A DNA stretch of 64,000 nt from Azolla caroliniana (Eukaryota; Plantae; Polypodiophyta): NCBI GenBank assembly GCA_043228905.1, contig JBHGNT010000005.1, forward strand, positions 9,920,001 to 9,984,000, in the 5' to 3' direction. Both the position numbers and the translations under genes were made by a program. This document shows positions 1-11,798 of the stretch, piece after piece. Position 1 is the stretch's first letter. Each line of letters opens with the position of its first letter. The notes beneath the pieces were generated by a model. The model saw nothing but the letters and a program-made list of their open reading frames with translations. It had not been told where the DNA came from and did no database searches.

Positions 1-3000
1 TGCTATCGTAAACCAAAACCCAATCCCCTTCTTCAATCTTCTTGGGGCGAAGTCGATGCGTGTTGTCGAACCGAACCTTGTTCTTTACTCAGGCTGTCTT
101 CATCATCTTTCGCGCTTTTTCTAAATCTTCAGGTCTTCTTTCCAGTTGCCTTATCCGCGCCGCTAATAACTCTTCTCGGCTCATCTTGTTCTCCCACGGT
201 ATCGCTACCCATGAGGCGATCGTCCTTTCGATGGGCATAATCGGCTTCTGTCCATACATAAGCTCCGTTGGCATATACCCTGTCACCGAGCTATGTGTCG
301 TTCTATCGGCCCACAAGGCATAGGGTAATAGTTGTGGCCAATTCCCGACTCGACCGTTGCATGCCTGTACGATGGCTTTAACGATAGGTCCATGCCCTCG
401 CTCGATCTTCCCATTCGCTTCCGGATTGTAGGCAGTCGTGAGGGAGAGCTTCACGCCTAGTCTTTCGAAGAGCTGTATCGCTTCTTGCGTGTCCAACTCC
501 CCTCGGTCGGCCACTATCTTCCCTACACATCCATATCGGTCGGCAAACAACCTCTTCAAGCAGAAATTTGCAGACGGCTGAAGTCGTCTTATTTGTCAAG
601 GCTCGTCCTTCCACTTGATTCGTCAAGTCTTCCCTCGCCAGCGCTAAGTACTTCATTTGTCCCACTCCCATTGGCATCGAGACCAGATCCACCATCCATT
701 TAAAGTGTATGGTGAGTGGGTATGTCGGCTGTAACTCATCACGATGACGTATATTTGAATATATTTGGCAAGTTTTGCATGTGGACACGAAATGGAGTAC
801 ATCTTTGTACATGCTTGGCCACCAGTACGTCTCCTTCAACTTTTCGAACGTCGCCCATGTTCCTCTATGACCTGCCCAAGCACTCTCGTGGAATTCAGTC
901 ATCAGCGTCTCTTGCTCTTCTTTCTTTACCACCACTCGACGTGGTGTTCCTGTCCTTCTTTTTGGATGTCGCCAAAGGAATCCTCCCTTCAAGACGTATC
1001 GGTAAGCTTTCTTTCGGATCCGTAGGGCCTCCTCCTTTGTCAACGAAGCATCTGTTGTCAATGTTCTTAGGAATCTACCGATGAGTAACCACTCTCCTTC
1101 GTACTCATTCTCGTTGAAGGCGTGGAGGGTTTGCGTGTCCTGGTCTTCCGCCAGCAATCGAGCCATCTTGAAGAAGTCGAGGGCGACATCTTCATCTTCT
1201 GAAACCATGTTACTTCCGTTTGAAAATCTTGCCCTCAACAGCATGTCAGCCATGGCGTTCTTCTTCCCTGCAATGTGACGGTTCTCTGGGTTTAAAGACT
1301 TGATGTAGGCGATCCACCTTAGCATAGCAAGATCTGGGGTCGCACATCCCGAGACCATTCCGACAATTGGGAGACAATCTGTCTCTATTATCACTTCTGA
1401 CCCGATCAGGTAATCTTTGTCCGTTTTCACTGCCGACACAATACCCCAAAGTTCCCGCTTGACTTGGGCATATCTTTGTTGCCGTTCGCTGAGAACCTTT
1501 GCTCCGAACCGGACGGCATATCGCGCATTATCTTCACCTTCTTAATTGATGACCCACCCGATTCCAGTTGGGCTCGTATCTACGGTCACGTAAATTGGTT
1601 TCCCTTCGGCATAGTCGGCCTTCCTTAGTGCCGGAGCTTCAAGAAGCAGTTTCTTTAATCTTCGCATCGCCTTTGTGTGCTCATCTTGCCATTCGAACTT
1701 TATTCTTTTCTTTAGTAGTCCATATAACGGTTCGGCGACATGAGCGTAGTGAGGAATCCATATATGATAAAACGCGCACGCTCCAAGGAACCTTCGAACC
1801 TCCGTTTGGTTTTTCGCATTCTTCTTTCATGTCTTGGATTGCGTTCACTTTGGATGGCGAGGGCTTCCGGCCGTATGCTCCACACAAGTGACCTACCACC
1901 AAGATCTCTGGTTGCCCGAATGCGGATTTTTCTCCCGAAAATGTCAAATTCGCATCTTCGAGCCTTTGAAGCACCTTCTCGCAATCTTTCATATGATCTG
2001 CAACGAACTTTCTACAACCTTCCTTATCTTTCTATTCATCTTTCTCCTCATCCGAACATCCTTTTATCGGAATATCATCCAAGAATGGCATCGTGATGTC
2101 CGGAATGCAATCCTTCAAGACTTTATTCATGGCATTCACCATATGAGCCACTGAGTTCGTTGTGCCTTGGGGTAAGGTACACATCCGCACAAGCCCGATT
2201 GGAGTCCTCATCGTTGTAATGTCCCGACTGTCAATCGCCAATTGGAATTGGTCATATCCGGAGTAGAGATCGCCAATGGAGTAGATGGACCGGCCCGCAA
2301 ATGCTTCGTCAAATTCGTCCACGCTTGGACCGATTCCAGCATTTCGAATTGTGACCTTGTTGACGGGTTGAAGATCTTGGATGAATCGCAATGATCCATT
2401 CTTCTTCGGCACCGTGAACCACCTATTGGAATAAGGAGCATTCGACGGTTCTAGAATTCCCATACTCACCTTCTCCTTTAAGAGCTCGATCAGCTTCGGG
2501 AGGTGTGCTCTCAGAACCGGTATCGGTTTCAAATTCCAAGGCACATGAGGCACCGTGAAGATCACCATCGGCTCTATAACCTTTGGGTCGGCACATCCGA
2601 TTTCTCGTGGGAAGAATGCGAAAGCCTTCCCATGTCTCTCAAGCATATCGCGAAACATTCGCTCCTCTTCAGGGAGAAGGAAATCCTCCTTTCTAACTCA
2701 TAGCTTCCCCTTCGTCTCTTTGGTGAATACATGACCTATCTATCTTCTTCGGATCTCTTAAGCTTGGATCGTTAGCGACTTCCTTCATCTTTTGCCAACT
2801 ATCTTCCGGTAGCGGAACTGCAACTGGCTTGATCTTCTTATCCATCGTTTTATATTTCGTGTTGATGTCAGCTTCCTTCATTGAGATGCCACGATGGTAT
2901 TCATCGATGATAGCGTACATGTTGATGGAGTTAACCGAAATCACGCGTTGGTTGTGAAGATAGCTCAAGTCCACGACGTCCTCGATTTCGCCGATGGTGT

Positions 3001-3243
3001 CGTTAAATGAGGCTTCTTCCATAATATGAGTCACGAACTCTCCTTCTTCTATTATGTTCTCTTCTTTCAGCATCTTCTCGAATTCTTGTATCCGGCGCTT
3101 GTGCTTCTTGTCGGGTAGTACTAGTTTACATGCGCCACTAGGTGTGACACATGTTGCTTCTCCTTGCAATCCACGCACTCTTCTTTCTTGTGGGGTCTTG
3201 TGATTGCTCGGACTATTTGTGCCCCATGCTTCAATAGTCCGCT
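1..3243 (-). pseudogene. gypsy pol (RT, RNase H, integrase), frameshifted
   Basis: ORFs 2032-2658 (DLYSGYDQ, LPQG, FLDD), 1681-1992, 378-1439 (ETDC, ADML, H-H-C-C, VDL) and 89-559 (NPEANGKIER). Confidence 0.93.
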
Positions 3244-5950
3244 CTAAAAATCCGAGGATTCGCCTCCGAGACTATCTCGATTCCTTTCATGATTGGCTCA
3301 CACCGTTAGGAATTGAATCGATCTTTGGTCGTCAAGACTCTTTGTTCGTGCGAAGGCTGCTCCATTATCGAACACTTTGGTCTCCATCCGAGATGATGTG
3401 ATATAAGGTTGCCCTAGGATGACAGGATGCGACGCCGATTCTTGTACGAAGAAGTGTTGATCCATCTCCACATCCCCGATCGTGACTTTGACATTGGGAC
3501 AAGCTCCGTACAAATCCTCCGTAGACTTTGTTGCCGCGCGAATCTTCCATCCGTGGTTTGTATTTATTGGCCATCTTCATTTTTTGTAGAAGTCCATTGA
3601 CATGAGGTTGATCTCCGAGCCGTGGTCGATCAAGGCTACCACGGTCTCTTTCTTCTCCCCGAACTTCACCGGCGTCTCCGTTGTCGCTCGTGCCCAATGA
3701 GGTCGAGTATAGTGGCTGTCCACCATATCTTCATCGATTTCGCTTCTTGCCATCATTATGGCATTCGTTTTTGCTTTTTGCGGCTTCTCTTCTTCCTCGT
3801 CCGATTGTTGTCTCTTTCTCTTTACAAGGTCCACGATCGTGTCATGGAACTCCTTCTTCGTAATGCCAAGCAATTCCCTCAAGGACAAAGTTACGTGGCT
3901 ACCAAGAACTCGTTCTTTGAGAATCTTCTTTAGGTTCGTCGTTTGCTCTATGTCCGACCTTAGCTTATAGGTAGGTATAGTCCTTGTCCTCCGAGCGGGG
4001 TCTTCGACACCAACCTTCACGGGTCGAACTGTTTCTTCAACTCGTATGCCCGGCTCCCCTTTTCGGCTTGATTCTCATTCCTCCGTTTGTAAAGGTCGAC
4101 TCGTCTCCGCATCGTCCTTCTTTTTCGCGTTCCTTGTTTCATGTCTTTTTGATGGGCCTTGCTCTTCTATTCTCTTTCTCTTTTCTTTGACGAACACCTC
4201 GTGGTTGTCGCACATCACCTCTGCGAGTATGGTGTTTTCGTCCACCGGATCCGACCACCCAGTTATGCTTTGCACGCTTCGGTCCGCAAGCTCTACCTCG
4301 TTCGATGTGACTTTTCCCTTCTTCTCATATTCGAGAACGGAAGTCCAAAACTTTGCTCCCGCTCTAGCAGCTTCAGTCTTGTCTTTCCCGACTCTTATTC
4401 CAGCCGACGCAGCATAGTGCATCGCATCCACATGAGTCGCATTGGCATCCTCCATAGATTTCTTCATTCCTCCTCTTCCGAAATTCACCCGTAGGGGTCT
4501 TCTAGTCTCTCTTGAGCAGATCATGTTGTCCTCTATGTATACGATATTTTGTCGAATCGCCTCTCGAAGGCTCGCACAATCCCTTCTCATGTGGTCCATG
4601 CTATCGCACCACACGCATCTAAAGGGTTCTTTTCCTTTAGGGCCCCGACGATTCATGTTGGCTAGCGTGACCTTCTCGAACTTCTTCGCTAGCTCTTCAA
4701 TGATGTCGTCATCAATCTTCTTTTCTTCCACGTTACTTTGTCTTGGCAGCTCAGCTACTTTCGGCGGTCTTGCTTTCTCCGTGGTAGTCGGTCCCGTCAA
4801 GTTGGTGTCATCAACCCATTGGCGACGCTTGTCAAGCCTATTGCATGCCCGCTTCACCACGATCCAGTCCACTACGAGCCCATTTGCTTGGGTATCATCT
4901 TCGAGAAGAGTCCCCAACTGCCGTCTATCCTTTATGTCCACGGCCTTCAAGAAGTACAAAGTCTTGTCCTCTTCAAGCAACACTTGGTCCGTATTGGGGA
5001 GATGACTAAACATCTGGTCGAATTCGTCGTACACCCTCGAGACGCTCATCTTCATATTCTTCTTCTCTATCCACTTCATCAGGGGATGTCGAGTCATCCT
5101 CGTTGAGTCTTCAGTCACGAACTCCGCTAGTATCGTTTTCTCGAACTCGGACCATGTTGTCTTACCTTCTTGAAGCTCGATGATGCGTCTTTGGATGTTG
5201 TTGGCGACAACTCTCTTGAAGCTTGTGATTTGACGTGCCTCGGACACGTCCCTCTGATTCATCTCCCTTCTATATGCATCAAGGAACTTCGTAACGTTCC
5301 TATTGCATGCCCGCTTCACCACGATCCAGTCCACTACGAGCCCATTTGCTTGGGTATCATCTTCGAGAAGAGTCCCCAACTGCCGTCTATCCTTTATGTC
5401 CACGGCCTTCAAGAAGTACAAAGTCTTGTCCTCTTCAAGCAACACTTGGTCCGTATTGGGGAGATGACTAAACATCTGGTCGAATTCGTCGTACACCCTC
5501 GAGACGCTCATCTTCATATTCTTCTTCTCTATCCACTTCATCAGGGGATGTCGAGTCATCCTCGTTGAGTCTTCAGTCACGAACTCTGCTAGTATCGTTT
5601 TCTCGAACTCGGACCATGTTGTCTTACCTTCTTGAAGCTCGATGACGCGTCTTTGGATGTTGTTGGCGACAACTCTCTTGAAGCTTGTGATTTGACGTGC
5701 CTCGGACACGTCCCTCTGATTCATCTCCCTTCTATATGCATCAAGGAACTTCGTAACGTTCCTTCCATCGAATTGGCCCTCGAGCTATACGACACGATCG
5801 ACAACTTTCTCCACGCTCACGTCGTTGTCCCGAGATATCATCATTTGCTCGACGATTAGCATCATCCTTTCGAGCTCTCCCATTTGGTTGCTTGAGGACG
5901 CCATCTCCAAGTATTAATCTCGACTTGATCCTTCCTACCACCTCTTTCAC
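3244..5950 (-). pseudogene. gypsy gag-protease, frameshifted
   Basis: ORF 4075-5724 with CVWCDSMDHMRRDC knuckle; ORF 3577-4020 with protease motif ALIDHGSEINL. Confidence 0.9.
4838..5763. repeat. 462-bp in-frame tandem duplication in gag
   Basis: TTGCATGCCC at 4841 and 5303; protein repeats 154 aa; only two substitutions seen. Confidence 0.97.
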
Positions 5951-5963
5951 GTCAGGTTCACCA
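5947..5963 (-). promoter_or_regulatory. Primer-binding site, tRNA-Trp
   Basis: Minus strand TGGTGAACCTGACGTGA matches the plant tRNA-Trp 3' end (TCACGTCGGGTTCACCA, recalled) with one mismatch. Confidence 0.85.
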
Positions 5964-5971
5964 CTTAATTA

Positions 5972-6651
5972 TGTCGTGAAGATCCGTCACTACGTGCGGA
6001 TCGTGAGGCGGAACCGCCGGGGTTCTGGACCGGAAGGATTCAAAGTCGGTACAAGCTTTGGCGCAAGCTTTAGCGAGAAAGTACTTACGATAGATTGGGA
6101 AAGAGAGAAGTTGAGATTACACGATTGAGAGAGATTGATTGAACTTTTAACTTTAGATTTAAGAAACAAGTTACACGATCAATTTGATAACGAATTTCTT
6201 CCTCTTAATTTTCATAAAAAAACGTGTTTTTTCTCCTCCCCCTTCCTTCTTTTATAGATGCTCTCATGCATATGATGCATGTGAGGGTACTAGACATGCA
6301 TAAATTGCATGTTTGCCATTTGGCGCTTATGTATTACATGTGGTGCATGATAACCATGTCACTCATTTTAGCTCTCATGTATGAGAATTTACATGTAAAA
6401 GTACAATGGTAGAAATATAATTTCAACTAAATAGCATGGCTTAATGGTAAGCCAATTGATTCCTAACTTGGAGGTGCAAGGTTCGAATCTTTACTTGCCC
6501 TCCTTGTATATGTATATATGTATATATATTTATATATTTATTTATTTAGTTACCGGACACCGGTTCGTCGGATGCCGCCGGTTACCGGTGCGGCCGCCAG
6601 AAGCCGTCGGTTACCGGTGCGGCCACCAGAAGCCGTCGGTTACCGTCCACA
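5972..6651 (-). repeat. 5' LTR of gypsy copy 1
   Basis: TG...CA ends, next to the PBS; partner LTR is outside the window so the right edge is inferred. Confidence 0.7.
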
Positions 6652-7668
6652 ATCAAAGGCCTGCTTGACATAATCCACTCGGATGTATGGGGACCGGCTC
6701 AAACACCGACGCTCGGTGGATGCCGCTACTAAGTCACCTTCATCGACGACCACTCGCACTACGCGTGGATATACCTAATCAAGAAGAAGAGTGAAGTGCT
6801 CTCCCACTTTCAAAGGCTCAAAAGCCAAGTGGAGAAAGAAACCGGTTGGCACATTCGATGCCTACGATCGGACGGAGGAAAGGAGTACTTCTCCGATGAG
6901 TTCACCTCCTACCTCCAAGGTGAAGGCATTCGTAGAGAATTCTCATGCCGACACACTCCCCAACAAAACGGAGTAGCCGAGAGAAAGAATCGGAAAATTC
7001 TCGAGGTAGCACGCGCCACGATGCATGAGAAGCATATGCCGAACTTCTATTGGGCAGAAGCGGCATCCACGGCTGTCTATCTCATGAATCGATGCACCAC
7101 AAATAGCGTGCACGAGCTTACTCCATACGAGATCTTCGTTGGAAGAAAGCCCATCCTCTCGCACCTCAAGGTGTTCGGAAGCATTGCGAATGTACGCATC
7201 ACGAACGAAAGTCGAGAGAAGCCCGGCGCGAAGTCGGAAGAATGTATCCTCATAGGATACTTGTCCGCGATAAAGGCGTACAAGTGCTTCAACCCTTCGA
7301 CCCGAGCGGTGCGGATAAGTCGTGACGTCATTTTTGACGAATCGGCATCTTGGTATAAGCCCGATGCGACTCCATCCGACCCGATTGAGGAAGAGTTGAA
7401 TGCCAACTCGGATGATGAAACTCGGCCAAGTCCTCCACCGAAGGACAATCCAAGCTCTACCGAGCTAATTGGCCCACAAGAGCCTCCACGTGATGAAAAC
7501 ACATCACGGCCAAGTCCGACATCGGACAAAGGCAAAGGTAAGATGCCTGAATACGAAGTCAAGGTCCACCCCGACGACCATGATTCGGATGTTTCGGCTC
7601 GCTCACTAGAAAGTGAATTCGGTGTACCCATCATGAGGACACCCGGAGTAAAGAAGGCGCTCACATAG
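6652..7668 (+). pseudogene. copia integrase
   Basis: HSDVWGP, LRSDGGKEY, TPQQNGVAER and SRDVIFDE motifs; an in-frame stop lies upstream of ORF 6796. Confidence 0.95.
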
Positions 7669-8934
7669 ACAAACGAGAAACTCCGATGCTCATCACGAGC
7701 GAAGACCCAAGTCACTCATTACGCCTTCAACGAGTATATGGCCCATCACTATGCCCTCGCGATGAAGGCAGTGGCCGAACAAGAGCCCGAGGATCCAAGC
7801 CTTCGTCACAGGCTTGAGGGGGAGAACAAAGCCGCGGAGAACCGCGCAACGAAGCCGTGAAGACACGAGGAAAGCCTCGGAGAGCCGCGCAACGAAGCCG
7901 CGAAGCCATGAAGAAAGCCGCAAGCCGCACTAATGACGACGAAGCCGAAGGAAGCTAAACCGGGGGTCGAAGCATGCTACGGTGTACCAACTTTTGGCCA
8001 AAAATTTAGTACTAAATCGAAGAAGAAAATAAACATTAAAAATTGTAAATAAGTTTCAAAAAACAAAAAACAAATTCATTACGTCACACTCGAATGCACA
8101 AAGATATTGTACGTCACACTCGAAATGTCCCTAGGCCATATTTAATACATTAATTGTTGCCCCAGTCTCCTAGGTAGAGTTGTACGAAAGCACACCTGGA
8201 GAAGGTATCCATTGTGACAGTTGGTCAGTCTCAGTATCTCTCTCTCTCTCTCTCTCTGGTATGGGTAGTCGAACGTGTCAATTGGTATGTCTCTCTCTCT
8301 CACTCACTCACTCTCTCTCTCTCTCTCTTCTGTCTCGAAGTTGTCAGACAGACAGTGGCAGAAAGTTAAAGAAAGACGACATATCTATTACAGGTCTATC
8401 TGTCTGTTTCTTTCTTTCACTCCACCTTCGATTCTTTCTGTTTCTTTCTTTCAAAGCTCCGTTTCTTTCTTTCTTTCTGTTTCTCTCTCTCACTCCACCT
8501 TCGATTCTCTGTTTCCCCGCGTAGCTGTTCTTGTGTTCCCCTCTGTGCCAGGTTCGATCTCTGAACGCAGAGATTTTTGTTTCCCCTGCTCGTTGTATGT
8601 GTTGTTGATTTTCCTTCCTTGTGTATGCTCGTTTGTTTCCTCTGTCTATGCTCGTTTGTCTCCTCTGCAGCAGCCTCGTTTGTCGAAATCAACACGGTCT
8701 GGTACCTCTGCAAGTTGTACAACCTCCAGGTATTCTCTCTGTTGCATGCCCAACTGGTATGTTTTCTTTTTCTGAATGTTTCCTGTCTGTCTGTTTTTTA
8801 TTTGCATGTGTATGGTCATTTTTAGGGTTTGATTATTCATAGTCTATGTGTTGCATGCCCAACTGGTATGTTTTTGTTTTCTCTGTGTTTCTCTGTGTTT
8901 CTTTTAAAAATGTATGAAAATATTTTGATCGAGG

Positions 8935-9290
8935 TGGTTGTGCGTTAGACATGTTTGTACATGCAACGTAAATGGAGTTGGCTATGATGAGTTGCTATGT
9001 TTTCGTTTTGTTCTTGTTTCCTGTCCATCTGTTTTATTTTGTGTGAGTTTGACATGGATGAGTGTTTTTCCGACTATTTTGGGTTTTTGTGTGTTTGACA
9101 TGGCTTGTACATGCGATGTGATGGAGTTGGCTATGATGATTTACAATGTTTTCGTTTTCTTTGACTTTCCTATCCGTCTGTTTTTATTGTCTGTGTGTTT
9201 GACATGGATGAGTTTTTTTCCGACTATTTAGGGTTATTGTGTGTTTGACATGGTTTGTACATGCAATGAGATGATTTGCTATGTGTTGAT
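8935..9290. repeat. About 150-bp degenerate tandem repeat, about 2.5 copies
   Basis: TT(A)GACATG..TGTACATGC recurs at about 8946, 9095 and 9245. Confidence 0.75.
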
Positions 9291-9357
9291 GGTAATTGCT
9301 TGAGTTTTCTTCTAGTACATGCATATTCATTCCCTGAGAATTGTGTTGACTAGGACA

Positions 9358-9960
9358 ATGACGAGAAGGACACCCATAAAGAAGACATTGATGAAAGAGA
9401 AAGTGAAGACACCAGTGAAGGAAGGAAGAAGGACACCCATGAAAGAAAGCAAGAAGACACCCACAAGAGAAAGGGTGATGAATTCATCAACACAGAGAAA
9501 GAAGATGTACCACTCCATCAGTCGAGACACACCTCTTGGATGGAATTATTTCCTTCGAGCACGACCTGACGTGTATCCAGAGCTGAGAGAGTGGTTGTTA
9601 AAAACCTGGGGGTCAGCACATCCCGACACAAGGCGAGGATTCCACATAAGTGGTTTGAAGAGGGAATACATGAATTTATTGAAGACGAGATACGAACATG
9701 TTTATGATACAAATCAAATCACTAACAATGAGGTGGGTACTGTTTTTGCACGTGCTTTTGCATGTGAAGTTCAAGGTGGCATTGACGTAAATTGGGAAGA
9801 TTTTAATCGGCACCAGTCAGAACATTACAAAGGGTCCTCCAGTACCAACACTGGCTTGAAGTCATCTGGAACCTCTCATGTGGATATTCTAGCTATAACA
9901 CCTATCCACCAAGTTCTAGAGGCAAAGGTACGGGCCACAATGACTGAAAAGCATGAATAG
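9358..9960 (+). CDS. Unknown transposon-borne protein (basic TP-repeat N-terminus plus globular domain)
   Basis: ORF 9319-9960 with probable ATG at 9358; protein-like composition; TPIK, TPVK, TPMK and TPTR repeats. Confidence 0.6.
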   Translation: MTRRTPIKKTLMKEKVKTPVKEGRRTPMKESKKTPTRERVMNSSTQRKKMYHSISRDTPLGWNYFLRARPDVYPELREWLLKTWGSAHPDTRRGFHISGLKREYMNLLKTRYEHVYDTNQITNNEVGTVFARAFACEVQGGIDVNWEDFNRHQSEHYKGSSSTNTGLKSSGTSHVDILAITPIHQVLEAKVRATMTEKHE

Positions 9961-10218
9961 ATGATGGCCGGTTGCATAGCTTCTATGAGCTCAATTAAAG
10001 TTGCATTCTGAGAACCTTGCATGCTTGATGCAGGATTTAAAACAAAATGGTTTTGATACTTTGTGTCCATCTGTAATTGAGCACCCAAGTGGTATAGAAA
10101 GTACCATTATTAGTATAGCTATATCACGGTATTGGCTTTAAAAGTTATTTATTTCTACTTCTTTGGTATAAATAAGTGAGCAATTAATATATTATAACTT
10201 GTGTTTGCAATCTTCCAG

Positions 10219-10403
10219 GTGTATATTTTGTGGCCTCGGATTCAAGCTGGAGGCTATGGATGTTGTGATTACACCATGCTTGCACACATATCATGTGCTA
10301 TGTGCTAAGTATCATTTTGAGAAAGAGAATACATGTATGGACTGTAAAACTACAATTGCGGCTGAGTGGTACTATGCTTGGGGTTTAAAAGTACACTCGT
10401 ACG
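10219..10403 (+). CDS. RING-H2 finger exon
   Basis: CIFC...CLHTYHVLC...CMDC gives C3H2C3 spacing; acceptor TTCCAG ends at 10218; donor GTATGT at 10404. Confidence 0.8.
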
Positions 10404-11081
10404 GTATGTGGCTCTACTATTCTATTGTTTGTATTATATGATGTCAATTAACATTTGGACTAGAACTAGTGTATGCCACAATTCATACTTCAAATTTAGT
10501 GTAATCTCTAACAACTATTATGTGGAACCCTAATTATGTGGGTTAGTATTGGCAGTACTCTTAATATATAATTGGTATGTGTAGTTGAAGGGATATTTTC
10601 CACAATTAGTAGTACTAAAAGGGAACCAGGTACAACATCGTCCAATCTATATTGCAACTTGCCTAGTATTAGTTTAGTAAACACTATACTTATAGTACAC
10701 TGTTGACTGTTAAGATTGTTTGTGTAACTTGGGAATTAGTACTAGTAATGTAATTTGGGAACAAGGTGTATAGTAAATTGTTGAATAATAGTACAATTAT
10801 TGTAATTTGGAAATGAGGTGTGTCAAACACATATCACGTTTAGTACTAATAATGTTCAAGATTAATACTGTTGGTGTAATTAGTACAAGTTATGTAACTA
10901 GGTGTGTAGAAGACATATCATGTTTAGTATTACTTGTGTGCAAAATACCAATCTACATTTGTTGGATTAGTACTTAGTAAGTACTACATGGTTCATGATT
11001 AGTACTAGTTCTGTACTTTGTGAACTAAGTTACTAGTACATTGCTCATGATTAATACTAGTTTTGTAATTTGGGAACTCAC

Positions 11082-11737
11082 CAACGTTGAAATTGTTGCC
11101 CCAACCATCCCTCACCACTTCTTTCAATAATGTCTTTCCTTGCTTGCACACCACAATGTAGTAGTCTTCTAAATCTTCATTCTGAGAATATTTGAGCACT
11201 GCAAAATGATCTCCAACTTCCAATAAAACTGCCAAGTCTTGATTTTGGTTGTAGTATACAATATCGTTTGAATGCACATCCTCTTCAATATCATCTTGTT
11301 GTTCAGGCTCAAGCTTCTGCAGCTTCCAGGGCTCCACGATTGATAGGTTGATGCATTTATCCCAAGCTTCATCTAGACACATGGAACAAAAGCATGATAA
11401 ACTACGGAGTAACAATTGGGTTGTGTCCTTGCGGCTAAACCCTAACACACAATGGGTGCTGCGTGTGCCTTTCACGGTTTTACAACCATATGATTTAGTT
11501 CTATCGACCTCATCAGCGCGAACTTCAACAAACAATCTGTTCTTACCATCATTTGACATCTTCCATGTTAGCCACTGCACAACATCATGTGCATTTTGTA
11601 ACTTAGCGCCATTATTATCCAACTGCTCACTTGTAAGGGCACGTTTGATCACAGCCCCCGCGCCATCATGCTCTCCTTTTCCATGTCCAGACCCGAAGTA
11701 ATTCCATTGCATACGAATATTGAATAAGGAGAAATAC
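11082..11737 (-). CDS. Sola2-like transposase, downstream exon
   Basis: WNYFGSGHGKGEHDGAGAVIKR and SCFCSMC...C; acceptor CAG 11740-11738; donor GTGAGT at 11081. Confidence 0.85.
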
Positions 11738-11798
11738 CTGCTTTGGTGAGTACAAGATGAGTACAATAATATGAGTACAACATGAGTAAATACTGATT

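Larger units (their letters stand above)
1..6651 (-). mobile_element. Ty3/gypsy LTR retrotransposon, tRNA-Trp-primed lineage (copy 1; 3' end outside window), inserted in a copia integrase
   Basis: Minus-strand gag-PR-RT-RNaseH-INT order, PBS at 5947-5963, LTR about 5972-6651. Copia integrase (LLDIIHSDVWGP) resumes at about 6652. Confidence 0.92.

Noticed and set aside
6430-6500. Functional tRNA gene
   Set aside because: A and B boxes are present but acceptor and anticodon stems do not pair; kept only as a relic.
7960-7963. TIR extended to start with CCGG
   Set aside because: CCGG is a palindromic TSD; removing one copy restores the copia UTR, and the GGG start matches the other Sola-like ends.
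8180-9231. Hydrophobic ORFs suggesting membrane proteins (also 24627-25064)
   Set aside because: Translations of CT/GT-rich low-complexity sequence.
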